A stretch of 64,000 bases of DNA, from the NCBI GenBank assembly GCA_964016885.1, contig OZ024740.1, positions 11,160,001 through 11,224,000 on the forward strand, given 5' to 3'. The DNA is from Eledone cirrhosa. Lineage: Eukaryota. Below, piece by piece: positions 1-15,000 of this stretch. Position 1 is the first letter of the stretch. Every line of letters begins with the position of its first letter. A program made the translations under genes and the position numbers. The notes beneath the pieces were generated by a model. That model was not told the origin of the DNA, made no database searches, and saw only the letters and a list, made by a program, of their open reading frames with translations.

Positions 1-3000
1 TCTATCTGACATTCTAACCACTCTGCCATTCTACCCAACGTTCTAACCACTCTACCATTCTACCTGACGTTCTAACAACTCTACCATTCTATCTGACGTT
101 CTAACAACTCTGCCATTCTATCTGACGTTCTAACAACTCTGCCATTCTATCTAAGATTCTAACAACTCTACCATTCTATCTGACGTTCTAACCACTCTGC
201 CATTCTACCCGACGTTCTAACCACTCTACCATTCTACCTGACGTTCTAACAACTCTGCCATTCTTTCTGACGTTCTAACAACTCTGCCATTCTTTCTGAC
301 GTTCTTACAACTCTGCCATTCTATCTGACGTTCTAACAACTCTGCCATTCTATCTGACGTTCTAACAACTCTGCCATTCTATCTGAGATTCTAACAACTC
401 TGCCATTCTATCTGATGTTCTAACCACTCATCCATTCTGACAACTCTGCCATTCTATCTGAGATTCTCACAACTCTGCCATTCTATGTGAGATTCTAACC
501 ACTCTGCCAGTCTATCTGCCGTTCTAACAACTCTGCCATTCTATCTGCCGTTCTAACAACTCTGCCATTCTATCTGCCGTTCTAACAACTCATCCATTCT
601 AACAACTCTGCCATTCTATCTGACGTTCTAACAACTCTGCCATTCTATCTGAGATTCTAACAAGTCTGCCATTCTATCTGACGTTCTAACCACTCTGCCA
701 TTCTACCCGACGTTCTAACCACTCTACCATTCTACCTGACGTTCTAACAACTCTACCATTCTATCTGACGTTCTAACCTCCCTGCCATTCTATCTGACGT
801 TCTAACAACTCTGCCATTCTATCTGAGATTCTAACAGCTCTGCCATTCTATCTGATGTTCTAACCACTCTGCCATTCTATCTGCCGTTCTAACAACTCTG
901 CCATTCTATCTGCCGTTCTAACCGCTCTGCCATTCTATCTGACGTTCTAACAACTCTGCCATTCTATCTGAGATTCTAACAACTCTGCCATTCTATCTGA
1001 CGTTCTAACAACTCTACCATTCTATCTGACGTTCTAACCGCTCTGCCATTCTATCTGACGTTCTAACAACTCTGTCATTCTATCTGATGTTCTAACCACT
1101 CTGCCATTCTATCTGACGTTCTAACCACTCTGCCATTCTATCTGACGTTCTAACAACTCTGCCATTCTATCTCACGTTCTCACAACTCTGCCATTCTATC
1201 TGACGTTCTAACCACTCTGCCATTCTATCTGACGTTCTAACCACTGTGCCATTCAATCTGCCGTTCTAACAACACTGCCCTTCTATCTGACGTTCTAACC
1301 ACTATACCATTCTACCTGACGTTCTAACCACTCTACCATTCTATCTGACGTTCTATCAACTCTGCCATTTTATCGGACCTTCTAACAACTCTGCCATTCT
1401 ATCTGACGTTCTAACCACTCTGCCATTCTATCTGCCGTTCTAACCACTCTGCCATTCTATCTGACGTTCTAACAACTCTGCCATTCTATCTGACGTTCTA
1501 ACAACTCTGCCATTCTATCTGAGATTCTAACAACTCTGCCATTCTATCTGACGTTCTAACCACTCTGCCATTCTATCTGACGTTCTAACCACTCTACCAT
1601 TCTATATGAGATTCTAACAACTCTACCATTCTATCTGACTTTCTAACCACTCTACCATTCTATCTGAGATTCTAACAACTCTACCATTATATCTGACGTT
1701 CTAACCACCCTACCATTCTATCTGGCGTTCTAACCACTCTACCATTCTACCTGACGTTCTAACAACTCTACCATTCTATCTGACGTTCTAACCACTCTAC
1801 CATTCTACCTGACGTTCTAACCACTCTACCATTCTACCTGACGTTCTAACAACTCTGCCATTCTATCTGAGATTCTAACAACTTTACCATTCTATCTGAC
1901 GTTCTAACAACTCTACCATTCTATCTGACGTTCTAACAACTCTACCATTCTATCTGACGTTCTAACAACTCTGCCATTCTATCTGGCGTTCTAACAACTC
2001 TGCCATTCTATCTGACGTTCTAACCACTCTGCCATTCTATCTGACGTTCTAACAACTCTCCCATTCTATATAAGATTCTAACAACTCTACCATTCTATCT
2101 GACGTTCTAACCACTCTGCCATTCAAACTGACGTTCTAACAACTCTGCCATTCTATCTGACGTTCTAACCACTCTGCCATTCTACCCGACGTTCTAACCA
2201 CTCTACCATTCTACCTGACGTTCTAACAACTCTGCCATTCTTTCTGACGTTCTAACCACTCTGCCATTCTATCTGACGTTCTTACAACTCTGCCATTTTA
2301 TCTGACGTTCTAACAACTCTGCCATTCTATCTCACATTCTAACGACTCTACCATTCTATCTGACGTTCTAACAACTCTACCATTCTATCCGACGTTCTAA
2401 CAACTCTGCCATTCTATCTGAGATTCTAACAACTCTGCCATTCTATCTGATGTTCTAACCACTCATCCATTCTAAAAACTCTGCCATTCTATCTGAGATT
2501 CTAAGAACTCTGCCATTCTACCCGACGTTCTAACCACTCTACCATTCTACCTGACGTTCTAACAACTCTGCCATTCTATCTGCCGTTCTAACAACTCTGC
2601 CATTCTATCTGCCGTTCTAACAACTCTGCCATTCTATCTGACGTTCTAACCAACGTTCTAACAACTCTGCCATTCTATCTGAGATTTTAACAACTCTGCC
2701 GTTCTATCTGACGTTCTAACCACTCTACCATTCTATCTGACGTTCTAACCGCTCTGCCATTCTATCTGACGGTCTAACCGCTCTGCCATTCTATCTGAGG
2801 TTCTAACCACTCTGACATTCTATCTGCCGTTCTAACAACTCTACCATTCTATCTGACGTTCTAACCGCTCTGCCATTCTATCTGACGTTCTAACAACTCT
2901 GTCATTCTATCTGATGTTCTAACCACTCTGCCATTCTATCTGACGTTCTAACAACTCTACCATTCTATCTGACGTTCTAACAACTCTGCCATTCTATCTG

Positions 3001-6000
3001 GCGTTCTAATAACTCTGCAAATTCTATCTGACGTTCTGACCACTCTGCCATTCTACCCAACGTTCTAACCACTCTACCATTCTACCTGACGTTCTAACAA
3101 CTCTACCATTCTATCTGACGTTCTAACAACTCTGCCATTCTATCTGACGTTCTAACAACTCTGCCATTCTATCTAAGATTCTAACAACTCTACCATTCTA
3201 TCTGACGTTCTAACCACTCTGCCATTCTACCCGACGTTCTAACCACTCTACCATTCTACCTGACGTTCTAACAACTCTGCCATTGTTTCTGACGTTCTAA
3301 CAACTCTGACATTCTTTCTGACGTTCTTACAAATCTGCCATTCTATCTGACGTTCTAACAACTCTGCCATTCTATCTGACGTTCTAACAACTCTGCCATT
3401 CTATCTGAGATTCTAACAACTCTGCCATTCTATCTGATGTTCTAACCACTCATCCATTCTGACAACTCTGCCATTCTATCTGAGATTCTCACAACTCTGC
3501 CATTCTATGTGAGATTCTAACCACTCTGCCAGTCTATCTGCCGTTCTAACAACTCTGCCATTCTATCTGCCGTTCTAACAACTCATCCATTCTAACAACT
3601 CTGCCATTCTATCTGACGTTCTAACCAACGTTCTAACAACTCTGCCATTCTATCTGAGATTCTAACAACTCTGCCATTCTATCTGACGTTCTAACCACTC
3701 TGCCATTCTACCCGACGTTCTAACCACTCTACCATTCTACCTGACGTACTAACAACTCTGCCATTCTTTCTGACGTTCTAACAACTCTGCCATTCTATCT
3801 GACGTTCTAACAACTCTACCATTCTATCTGACGTTCTAACAACTCTGCCATTCTATCTGACGTTCTAACCTCCCTGCCATTCTATCTGACGTTCTAACAA
3901 CTCTGCCATTCTATCTGAGATTCTAACAGCTCTGCCATCCTATCTGATGTTCTAACCACTCTGCCATTCTATCTGCCGTTCTAACAACTCTGCCATTCTA
4001 TCTGCCGTTCTAACCGCTCTGCCATTCTATCTGACGTTCTAACAACTCTGCCATTCTATCTGAGATTCTAACAACTCTGCCATTCTATCTGACGTTCTAA
4101 CAACTCTACCATTCTATCTGACGTTCTAACCGCTCTGCCATTCTATCTGACGTTCTAACAACTCTGTCATTCTTTCGAATGTTCTAACCACTCTGCCATT
4201 CTATCTGACGTTCTAACCACTCTGCCATTCTATCTGACGTTCTAACAACTCTGCCATTGTATCTGACGTTCTCACAACTCTGCTATTCTATCTGACGTTC
4301 TAACCACTCTGCCATTCTATCTGCCGTTCTAACAACTCTGCCATTCTATCTGACGTTCTAACCACTGTGCCATTCAATCTGCCGTTCTAACAACACTGCC
4401 CTTCTATCTGACGTTCTAACCACTATACCATTCTACCTGACGTTCTAACCACTCTACCATTCTATCTGACGTTCTATCAACTCTGCCATTTTATCGGACC
4501 TTCTAACAACTCTGCCATTCTATCTGACGTTCTAACCACTCTGCCATTCTATCTGCCGTTCTAACCATTCTGCCATTCTATCTGACGTTCTAACAACTCT
4601 GCCATTCTATCTGACGTTCTAACAACTCTGCCATTTTATCTGAGATTCTAACAACTCTGCCATTCTATCTGATGTTCTAACCACTCTGCCATTCTATCTG
4701 ACGTTCTAACAAGTCTGCCATTCTAACTGACGTTCTAACAACTCTGCCATTCTACCTGACGTTCTAACCACTCTGCCATTCTTTCTGAGGTTCTAACCAC
4801 TCTACCATTCTATCTGAGATTCTAACAACTTTACCATTCTATCTGACGTTCTTACAACTCTGCCATTTTATCTCACATTCTAATGACTCTACCATTCTAT
4901 CTGACGTTCTAACAACTCTGCTATTCTATCTGACGTTCTAACCAATCTACCATTCTATCTGACGATCTAACCACTCTAGCATTCTATCTGACGATCTAAC
5001 CATTCTACCATTCTATCTGACGTTCTAACCACTCTACCATTCTATCTGACGTTCTAACCACTCTACCATTCTATCTGCCGTTCTAACCACGCTACCATTC
5101 TATCTGCCGTTCTAACCACTCTGCCATTCTATCTGACGTTCTAACCACTCTACCATTCTATCTGACGTTCTAACCACTCTACCATTCTATCTGATGTTCT
5201 AACCACTCTACCATTCTATCTGACGTTCTAACCACTCTGCCATTCTATCTCACGTGCTAACCACTCTACCATTCTATCTGACGTTCTAACCACTCTACCA
5301 TTCTATCTGACGTTCTAACCACTCTGCCATTTTATCTGCCGTTCTAACAACTCTGCCATTCTATCTGACGTTCTAACAACTCTGCCATTCTATCTGAGAT
5401 TCTAACAACTCTGCCATTCTATCTGACCTTCTAACAACTCAGCCATTCTATCTGAGATTCTAAAAACTCTGCCATTCTATCTGATGTTCTAACCACTCTG
5501 CCATTATATATGCCGTTCTAACAACTCTGCCATTCTATCTGACATTCTAACAACTCTGCCATTCTATCTGCCGTTCTAACAACTCTGCCATTCTATCTGC
5601 CGTTCTAACCACTCTGCCATTCTATCTGACGTTCTAACAACTCTGCCATTCTATCTGACGTTCTAACAACTCTGCCATTCTATCTGAGATTCTAACAACT
5701 CTGCCATTCTATCTCATATTCTAACCACTCTGCCATTCTATCTGACGTTCTAACAACTCTGCCATTCTAACTGACGTTCTAACAACTCTGCCATTCTACC
5801 TGACGTTCTAACCACTCTACCATTCTACCTCACGTTCTAACAACTCTGCCATTCTTTCTGAGGTTCTAACCACTCTACCATTCTATCTGAGATTCTAACA
5901 ACTTTACCATTCTATCTGACGTTCTAACCACTCTGCCATTCTATCTGACGTTCTTACAACTCTGCCATTTTATCTCACATTCTAACGACTCTACCATTCT

Positions 6001-9000
6001 ATCTGACGTTCTAACAACTCTCCTATTCTATCTGACGTTCTAACGACTCTACCATTCTATCTGACGGTCTAACAACTCTGCCATTCTATCTGAGATTCTA
6101 ACAACTCTGCCATTCTATCTGATGTTCTAACCACTCTGCCATTCTATCTGCCGTTCTAACAACTCTGCCATTCTACCTGAGATTCTAACAACTCTACCAT
6201 TCTACCTGACGTTCTAACCACCCTGCCATTCTACCCGACGTTCTTACCACTCTACCATTCTATCTGACGTTCTAACCAATCTACCGTTCTACCCGACGTT
6301 CTAACCACTCTGCCATTCCACCTGACGTTTTAACAACTCTACCATTCTATCTGACGTTCTAACAACTCTGCCATTCTATCTGACGTTCTAACCGCTGTGC
6401 CATTCTATCTGACGTTCTAACAACTCTGCCATTCTATCTGACGTTCTAACAACTCTGCCATTCTACCCGACGTTCTAACCACTCTACCATTCTACCTGAC
6501 GTTCTAACCACTCTACCATTCTATCTGACGTTCTAACAACTCTGCCATTCTATCTGACGTTCTAACAACTCTGCCATTCTATCTAAGATTCTAACAACTC
6601 TACCATTCTATCTGACGTTCTAACCACTCTGCCATTCTACCCGACGTTCTAACCACTCTACCATTCTACCTGACGTTCTAACAACTCTGCCATTCTTTCT
6701 GACGTTCTAACAACTCTGCCATTCTTTCTGACGTTCTTACAAATCTGCCATTCTATCTGACGTTCTAACAACTCTGCCATTCTATCTGACGTTCTAACAA
6801 CTCTGCCATTCTATCTGAGATTCTAACAACTCTGCCATTCTATCTGATGTTCTAACCACTCATCCATTCTGACAACTCTGCCATTCTATCTGAGATTCTC
6901 ACAACTCTGCCATTCTATGTGAGATTCTAACCACTCTGCCAGTCTATCTGCCGTTCTAACAACTCTGCCATTCTATCTGCCGTTCTAACAACTCATCCAT
7001 TCTAACAACTCTGCCATTCTATCTGATGTTCTAACCAACGTTCTAACAACTCTGCCATTCTATCTGAGATTCTAACAACTCTGCCATTCTATCTGACGTT
7101 CTAACCACTCTGCCATTCTACCCGACGTTCTAACCACTCTACCATTCTACCTGACGTACTAACAACTCTGCCATTCTTTCTGACGTTCTAACAACTCTGC
7201 CATTCTATCTGACGTTCTAACAACTCTACCATTCTATCTGACGTTCTAACAACTCTGCCATTCTATCTGACGTTCTAACCTCCCTGCCATTCTATCTGAC
7301 GTTCTAACAACTCTGCCATTCTATCTGAGATTCTAACAGCTCTGCCATCCTATCTGATGTTCTAACCACTCTGCCATTCTATCTGACGTTCTTACAACTC
7401 TGCCATTTTATCTCACATTCTAACGACTCTACCATTCTATCTGACGTTCTAACAACTCTGCTATTCTATCTGACGTTCTAACCAATCTACCATTCTACCT
7501 GACGTTCTAACCACTCTACCATTCTATCTGGCGTTCTAACAACTCTGCCATTCTATCTGACGTTCTAACAACTCTGCCATTCTATCTGGCGTTCTAACAA
7601 CTCTGCCATTCTATCTGACGTTCTAACCACTCTGCCATTCTACCCGACGTTCTAACAACTCTACCATTCTACCTGACGTTCTAACAACTCTACCATTCTA
7701 TCTGACATTCTAACAACTCTGCCATTCTATCTGACATTCTAACCACTCTGCCATTCTACCCAACGTTCTAACCACTCTACCATTCTACCTGACGTTCTAA
7801 CAACTCTACCATTCTATCTGACGTTCTAACAACTCTGCCATTCTATCTGACGTTCTAACAACTCTGCCATTCTATCTAAGATTCTAACAACTCTACCATT
7901 CTATCTGACGTTCTAACCACTCTGCCATTCTACCCGACGTTCTAACCACTCTACCATTCTACCTGACGTTCTAACAACTCTGCCATTCTTTCTGACGTTC
8001 TAACAACTCTGCCATTCTTTCTGACGTTCTTACAACTCTGCCATTCTATCTGACGTTCTAACAACTCTGCCATTCTATCTGACGTTCTAACAACTCTGCC
8101 ATTCTATCTGAGATTCTAACAACTCTGCCATTCTATCTGATGTTCTAACCACTCATCCATTCTGACAACTCTGCCATTCTATCTGAGATTCTCACAACTC
8201 TGCCATTCTATGTGAGATTCTAACCACTCTGCCAGTCTATCTGCCGTTCTAACAACTCTGCCATTCTATCTGCCGTTCTAACAACTCTGCCATTCTATCT
8301 GCCGTTCTAACAACTCATCCATTCTAACAACTCTGCCATTCTATCTGACGTTCTAACAACTCTGCCATTCTATCTGAGATTCTAACAAGTCTGCCATTCT
8401 ATCTGACGTTCTAACCACTCTGCCATTCAACCCGACGTTCTAACCACTCTACCATTCTACCTGACGTACTAACAACTCTGCCATTCTTTCTGACGTTCTA
8501 ACAACTCTGCCATTCTATCTGACGTTCTAACAACTCTACCATTCTATCTTACGTTCTAACAACTCTGCCATTCTATCTGACGTTCTAACCTCCCTGCCAT
8601 TCTATCTGACGTTCTAACAACTCTGCCATTCTATCTGAGATTCTAACAGCTCTGCCATTCTATCTGATGTTCTAACCACTCTGCCATTCTATCTGCCGTT
8701 CTAACAACTCTGCCATTCTATCTGCCGTTCTAACCAACCTTCTAACAACTCTGCCATTCTATGTGAGATTCTAACCACTCTGCCAGTCTATCTGCCGTTC
8801 TAACAACTCTGCCATTCTATCTGCCGTTCTAACAACTCATCCATTCTAACAACTCTGCCATTCTATCTGACGTTCTAACCAACCTTCTAACAACTCTGCC
8901 ATTCTATCTGAGATTCTAACAACTCTGCCATTCTATCTGACGTTCTAACCACTCTGCCATTCTACCCGACGTTCTAACCACTCTACCATTCTACCTGACG

Positions 9001-12000
9001 TACTAACAACTCTGCCATTCTTTCTGACGTTCTAACAACTGCCATTCTATCTGACGTTCTAACAACTCTACCATTCTATCTGACGTTCTAACAACTCTGC
9101 CATTCTATCTGACGTTCTAACCTCCCTGCCATTCTATCTGACGTTCTAACAACTCTGCCATTCTATCTGAGATTCTAACAGCTCTGCCATTCTATCTGAT
9201 GTTCTAACCACTCTGCCATTCTATCTGCCGTTCTAACAACTCTGCCATTCTATCTGCCGTTCTAACCGCTCTGCCATTCTATCTGACGTTCTAACAACTC
9301 TGACATTCTATCTGAGATTCTAACAACTCTGCCATTCTATCTGACGTTCTAACAACTCTACCATTCTATCTGACGTTCTAACCGCTCTGCCATTCTATCT
9401 GACGTTCTAACAACTCTGTCATTCTATCTAATGTTCTAACCACTCTGCCATTCTATCTGACGTTCTAACCACTCTGCCATTCTATCTGACGTTCTAACAA
9501 CTCTGCCATTCTATCTGACGTTCTAACCACTCTGCCATTCTACCCGACGTTCTAACCACTCTGCCATTCTACCTGACGTTCTAACAACTCTGCCATTCTA
9601 CCCGACGTTCTAACCACTCTGCCATTCTACCTGACGTTCTAACAACTCTGCCATTCTACCCGACGTTCTAACCACTCTGCCATTCTACCTGACATTCTAA
9701 CAACTCTGCCTAACCACTCTGCCATTCAATCTGACGTTCTAACAACTCTGCCATTCTAACAACTCTGCCATTCTACCTGACATTCTAACAACTCTGCCAT
9801 TCTATCTGAGATTCTAACAACTCTGCCATTCTATCTGATGTTCTAACCACTCTGCCATTCTACCCGTCGTTCTAACCACTCTGCCATTCTACCTGACGTT
9901 CTAACCACTCTGCCATTCTACCCGATGTTCTAACCACTCTGCCATTCTACCTGACGTTCTAACAACTCTGCCATTCTACCCGACGTTCTAACCACTCTGC
10001 CATTCTACCTGACGTTCTAACAACTGTGACATTCTACCCGACGTTCTAACCACTCTGCCATTCTACCTGACATTCTAACAACTCTGCCTAACCACTCTGC
10101 CATTCAATCTGACGTTCTAACAACTCTGCCATTCAATCTGACGTTCTAACAACTCTGCCATTTTATCTGACGTTCTAACCACTCTGCCATTCAATCTGAC
10201 GTTCTAACAACTCTGCCATTTTATCTGACGTTCTAACCACTCTGCCATTCTACCCGACGTCCTAACCACTCTACCATTCTACCTGACGTTCTAACAACTC
10301 TGCCTAACCACTCTGCCATTCAATCTGACGTTTTAACAACTCTGCCATTCTATCTGACGTTCTAACCACTCTGCCATTCTACCTGACGTTCTAACAACTC
10401 TGCCATTCTATCTGACATTCTAACAACTCTGCCATTCTAACAACTCTGCCATTCTACCTGACGTTCTAACAACTCTGCCATTCTATCTGAGGTTCTAACA
10501 ACTCTACCATTCTATCTGACGTTCTAACCACTCTGCCATTCTACCCGACGTTCTAACCACTCTACCATTCTACCTGACGTTCTAACAACTCTGCCATTCT
10601 TTCTGACGTTCTAACAACTCTGCAATTCTTTCTGACGTTCTTACAACGCTGCCATTCTATCTGAGATTCTAACAACTCTGCCATTCTATCTGATGTTCTA
10701 ACCACTCATCCATTCTGACAACTCTGCCATTCTATCTGAGATTCTCACAACTCTGCCATTCTATGTGAGATTCTAACCACTCTGCCAGTCTATCTGCCGT
10801 TCTAACAACTCTGCCATTCTATCTGCCGTTCTAACAACTCATCCATTCTAACAACTCTGCCATTCTATCTGCCGTTCTAACAACTCATCCATTCTAACCA
10901 CTCTGCCATTCTATCTGACGTTCTAACAACTCTGCCATTCTATCTGACGTTCTAACAACTCTGCCATTCTATCTGAGATTCTAACAACTCTGCCATTCTA
11001 TCTGATGTTCTAACCACTCATCCATTCTGACAACTCTGCCATTCTATCTGAGATTCTCACAACTCTGCCATTCTATGTGAGATTCTAACCACTCTGCCAG
11101 TCTATCTGCCGTTCTAACAACTCTGCCATTCTATCTGCCGTTCTAACAACTCATCCATTCTAACAACTCTGCCATTCTATCTGACGTTCTAACCAACGTT
11201 CTAACAACTCTGCCATTCTATCTGAGATTCTAACCACTCTGCCATTCTATCTGCCGTTCTAACAACTCTGCCATTCTATCTGCCGTTCTAACCACTCTGC
11301 CATTCTATCTGACGTTCTAACAACTCTGCCATTCTATCTGACGTTCTAACAACTCTGCCATTCTATCTGAGATTCTAACAACTCTGCCATTCTATCTGAT
11401 ATTCTAACCACTCTGCCATTCTATCTGACGTTCTAACAACTCTGCCATTCTATCTGAGATTCTAACAACTCTACCATTCTACCTGACGTTCTAACCACCC
11501 TGCCATTCTACCCGACGTTCTTACCACTCTACCATTCTATCTGACGTTCTAACCAATCTACCGTTCTACCAGACGTTCTAACCACTCTGCCATTCCACCT
11601 GACGTTTTAACAACTCTACCATTCTATCTGACGTTCTAACAACTCTGCCATTCTATCTGACGTTCTAACCGCTGTGCCATTCTATCTGACGTTCTAACAA
11701 CTCTGCCATTCTATCTGACGTTCTAACAACTCTGCCATTCTACCCGACGTTCTAACCACTGTACCATTCTACCTGACGTTCTAACCACTCTACCATTCTA
11801 TCTGGCGTTCTAACAACTCTGCCATTCTATCTGGCGTTCTAACAACTCTGCCATTCTATCTGACGTTCTAACAACTCTGCCATTCTATCTGGCGTTCTAA
11901 CAACTCTGCCATTCTATCTGACGTTCTAACAACTCTGCCATTCCACCTGACGTTTTAACAACTCTACCATTCTATCTGACGTTCTAACAACTCTGCCATT

Positions 12001-15000
12001 CTATCTGGCGTTCTAACAACTCTGCCATTCTATCTGACGTTCTAACAACTCTGCCATTCTACCCGACGTTCTAAACACTCTACCATTCTACCTGACGTTC
12101 TAACCACTCTACCATTCTATCTGGCGTTCTAACAACTCTGCCATTCTATCTGACGTTCTAACCACTCTGCCATTCTACCCGATGTTCTAACCACTCTACC
12201 ATTCTACCTGACATTCTAACAACTCTACTATTCTATCTGACGTTCTAACCACTCTGCCATTCTATCTGACGTTCTAACAACTCTGCCATTCTATCTGACG
12301 TTCTAACCAACGTTCTAACAACTCTGCCATTCTATCTGAGATTCTAACAACTCTGCCATTCTATCTGACGTTCTAACCACTCTGCCATTCTACCCGACGT
12401 TCTAACCACTCTACCATTCTACCTGACGTACTAACAACTCTGCCATTCTTTCTGACGTTCTAACAACTGCCATTCTATCTGACGTTCTAACAACTCTACC
12501 ATTCTATCTGACGTTCTAACAACTCTGCCATTCTATCTGACGTTCTAACCTCCCTGCCATTCTATCTGAGATTCTAACAGCTCTGCCATTCTATCTGATG
12601 TTCTAACCACTCTGCCATTCTATCTGCCGTTCTAACAACTCTGCCATTCTATCTGACGTTCTAACAACTCTGCCATTCTATCTGCCGTTCTAACAACTCT
12701 GCCATTCTATCTGACGTTCTAACCAACGTTCTAACAACTCTGCCATTCTATCTGAGATTCTAACAACTCTGCCGTTCTATCTGACGTTCTAACCACTCTA
12801 CCATTCTATCTCACGTTCTAACCGCTCTGCCATTCTATCTGACGGTCTAACCGCTCTGCCATTCTATCTGAGGTTCTAACCATTCTGACATTCTATCTGA
12901 CGTTCTAACAACTCTGCCATTCTATCTGCCGTTCTAACAACTCTGCCATTCTATCTGACGTTCTAACCAACGTTCTAACAACTCTGCCATTCTATCTGAG
13001 ATTCTAACAACTCTGCCGTTCTATCTGACGTTCTAACCACTCTACCATTCTATCTGACGTTCTAACCACTCTACCATTCTATCTGACGTTCTAACCACTC
13101 TACCATTCTATCTGACGTTCTAACCGCTCTGCCATTCTATCTGACGTTCTAACCGCTCTGCCATTCTATCTGACGTTCTAACAACTCTGTCATTCTATCT
13201 GATGTTCTAACCACTCTGCCATTCTATCTGACGTTCTAACAACTCTACCATTCTATCTGACGTTCTAACAACTCTGCCATTCTATCTGGCGTTCTAATAA
13301 CTCTGCAAATTCTATCTGACGTTCTAACCACTCTGCCATTCTACCCAACGTTCTAACCACTCTACCATTCTACCTGACGTTCTAACAACTCTACCATTCT
13401 ATCTGACGTTCTAACAACTCTGCCATTCTATCTGACGTTCTAACAACTCTGCCATTCTATCTAAGATTCTAACAACTCTACCATTCTATCTGACGTTCTA
13501 ACCACTCTGCCATTCTACCCGACGTTCTAACCACTCTACCATTCTACCTGACGTTCTAACAACTCTGCCATTCTTTCTGACGTTCTAACAACTCTGCAAT
13601 TCTTTCTGACGTTCTTACAACTCTGCCATTCTATCTGACGTTCTAACAACTCTGCCATTCTATCTGACGTTCTAACAACTCTGCCATTCTATCTCAGATT
13701 CTAACAACTCTGCCATTCTATCTGATGTTCTAACCACTCATCCATTCTGACAACTCTGCCATTCTATCTGAGATTCTCACAACTCTGCCATTCTATGTGA
13801 GATTCTAACCACTCTGCCAGTCTATCTGCCGTTCTAACAACTCTGCCATTCTATCTGCCGTTCTAACAACTCATCCATTCTAACAACTCTGCCATTCTAT
13901 CTGACGTTCTAACCAACGTTCTAACAACTCTGCCATTCTATCTGAGATTCTAACAACTCTGCCATTCTATCTGACGTTCTAACCACTCTGCCATTCTACC
14001 CGACGTTCTAACCACTCTACCATTCTACCTGACGTACTAACAACTCTGCCATTCTTTCTGACGTTCTAACAACTGCCATTCTATCTGACGTTCTAACAAC
14101 TCTACCATTCTATCTGACGTTCTAACAACTCTGCCATTCTATCTGACGTTCTAACCTCCCTGCCATTCTATCTGACGTTCTAACAGCTCTGTCATTCTAT
14201 CTGATGTTCTAACCACTCTGCCATTCTATCTGCCGTTCTAACAACTCTGCCATTCTATCTGCCGTTCTAACCGCTCTGCCATTCTATCTGACGTTCTAAC
14301 AACTCTGCCATTCTATCTGAGATTCTAACAACTCTGCCATTCTATCTGACGTTCTAACAACTCTACCATTCTATCTGACGTTCTAACCGCTCTGCCATTC
14401 TATCTGACGTTCTAACAACTCTGTCATTCTATCTAATGTTCTAACCACTCTGCCATTCTATCTGACGTTCTAACCACTCTGCCATTCTATCTGACGTTCT
14501 AACAACTCTGCCATTCTACCCGACGTTCTAACCACTCTGCCATTCTACCTGACGTTCTAACAACTCTGCCATTCTACCCGACGTTCTAACCACTCTGCCA
14601 TTCTACCTGACATTCTAACAACTCTGCCTAACCACTCTACCATTCAATCTGACGTTCTAACAACTCTGCCATTCTAACAACTCTGCCATTCTAACAACTC
14701 TGCCATTCTACCTGACATTCTAACAACTCTGCCATTCTATCTGAGATTCTAACAACTCTGCCATTCTATCTGATGTTCTAACCACTCTGCCATTCTACCC
14801 GTCGTTCTAACCACTCTGCCATTCTACCTGACGTTCTAACCACTCTGCCATTCTACCCGATGTTCTAACCACTCTGCCATTCTACCTGACGTTCTAACAA
14901 CTCTGCCATTCTACCCGACGTTCTAACCACTCTGCCATTCTACCTGACGTTCTAACAACTCTGACATTCTACCCGACGTTCTAACCACTCTGCCATTCTA

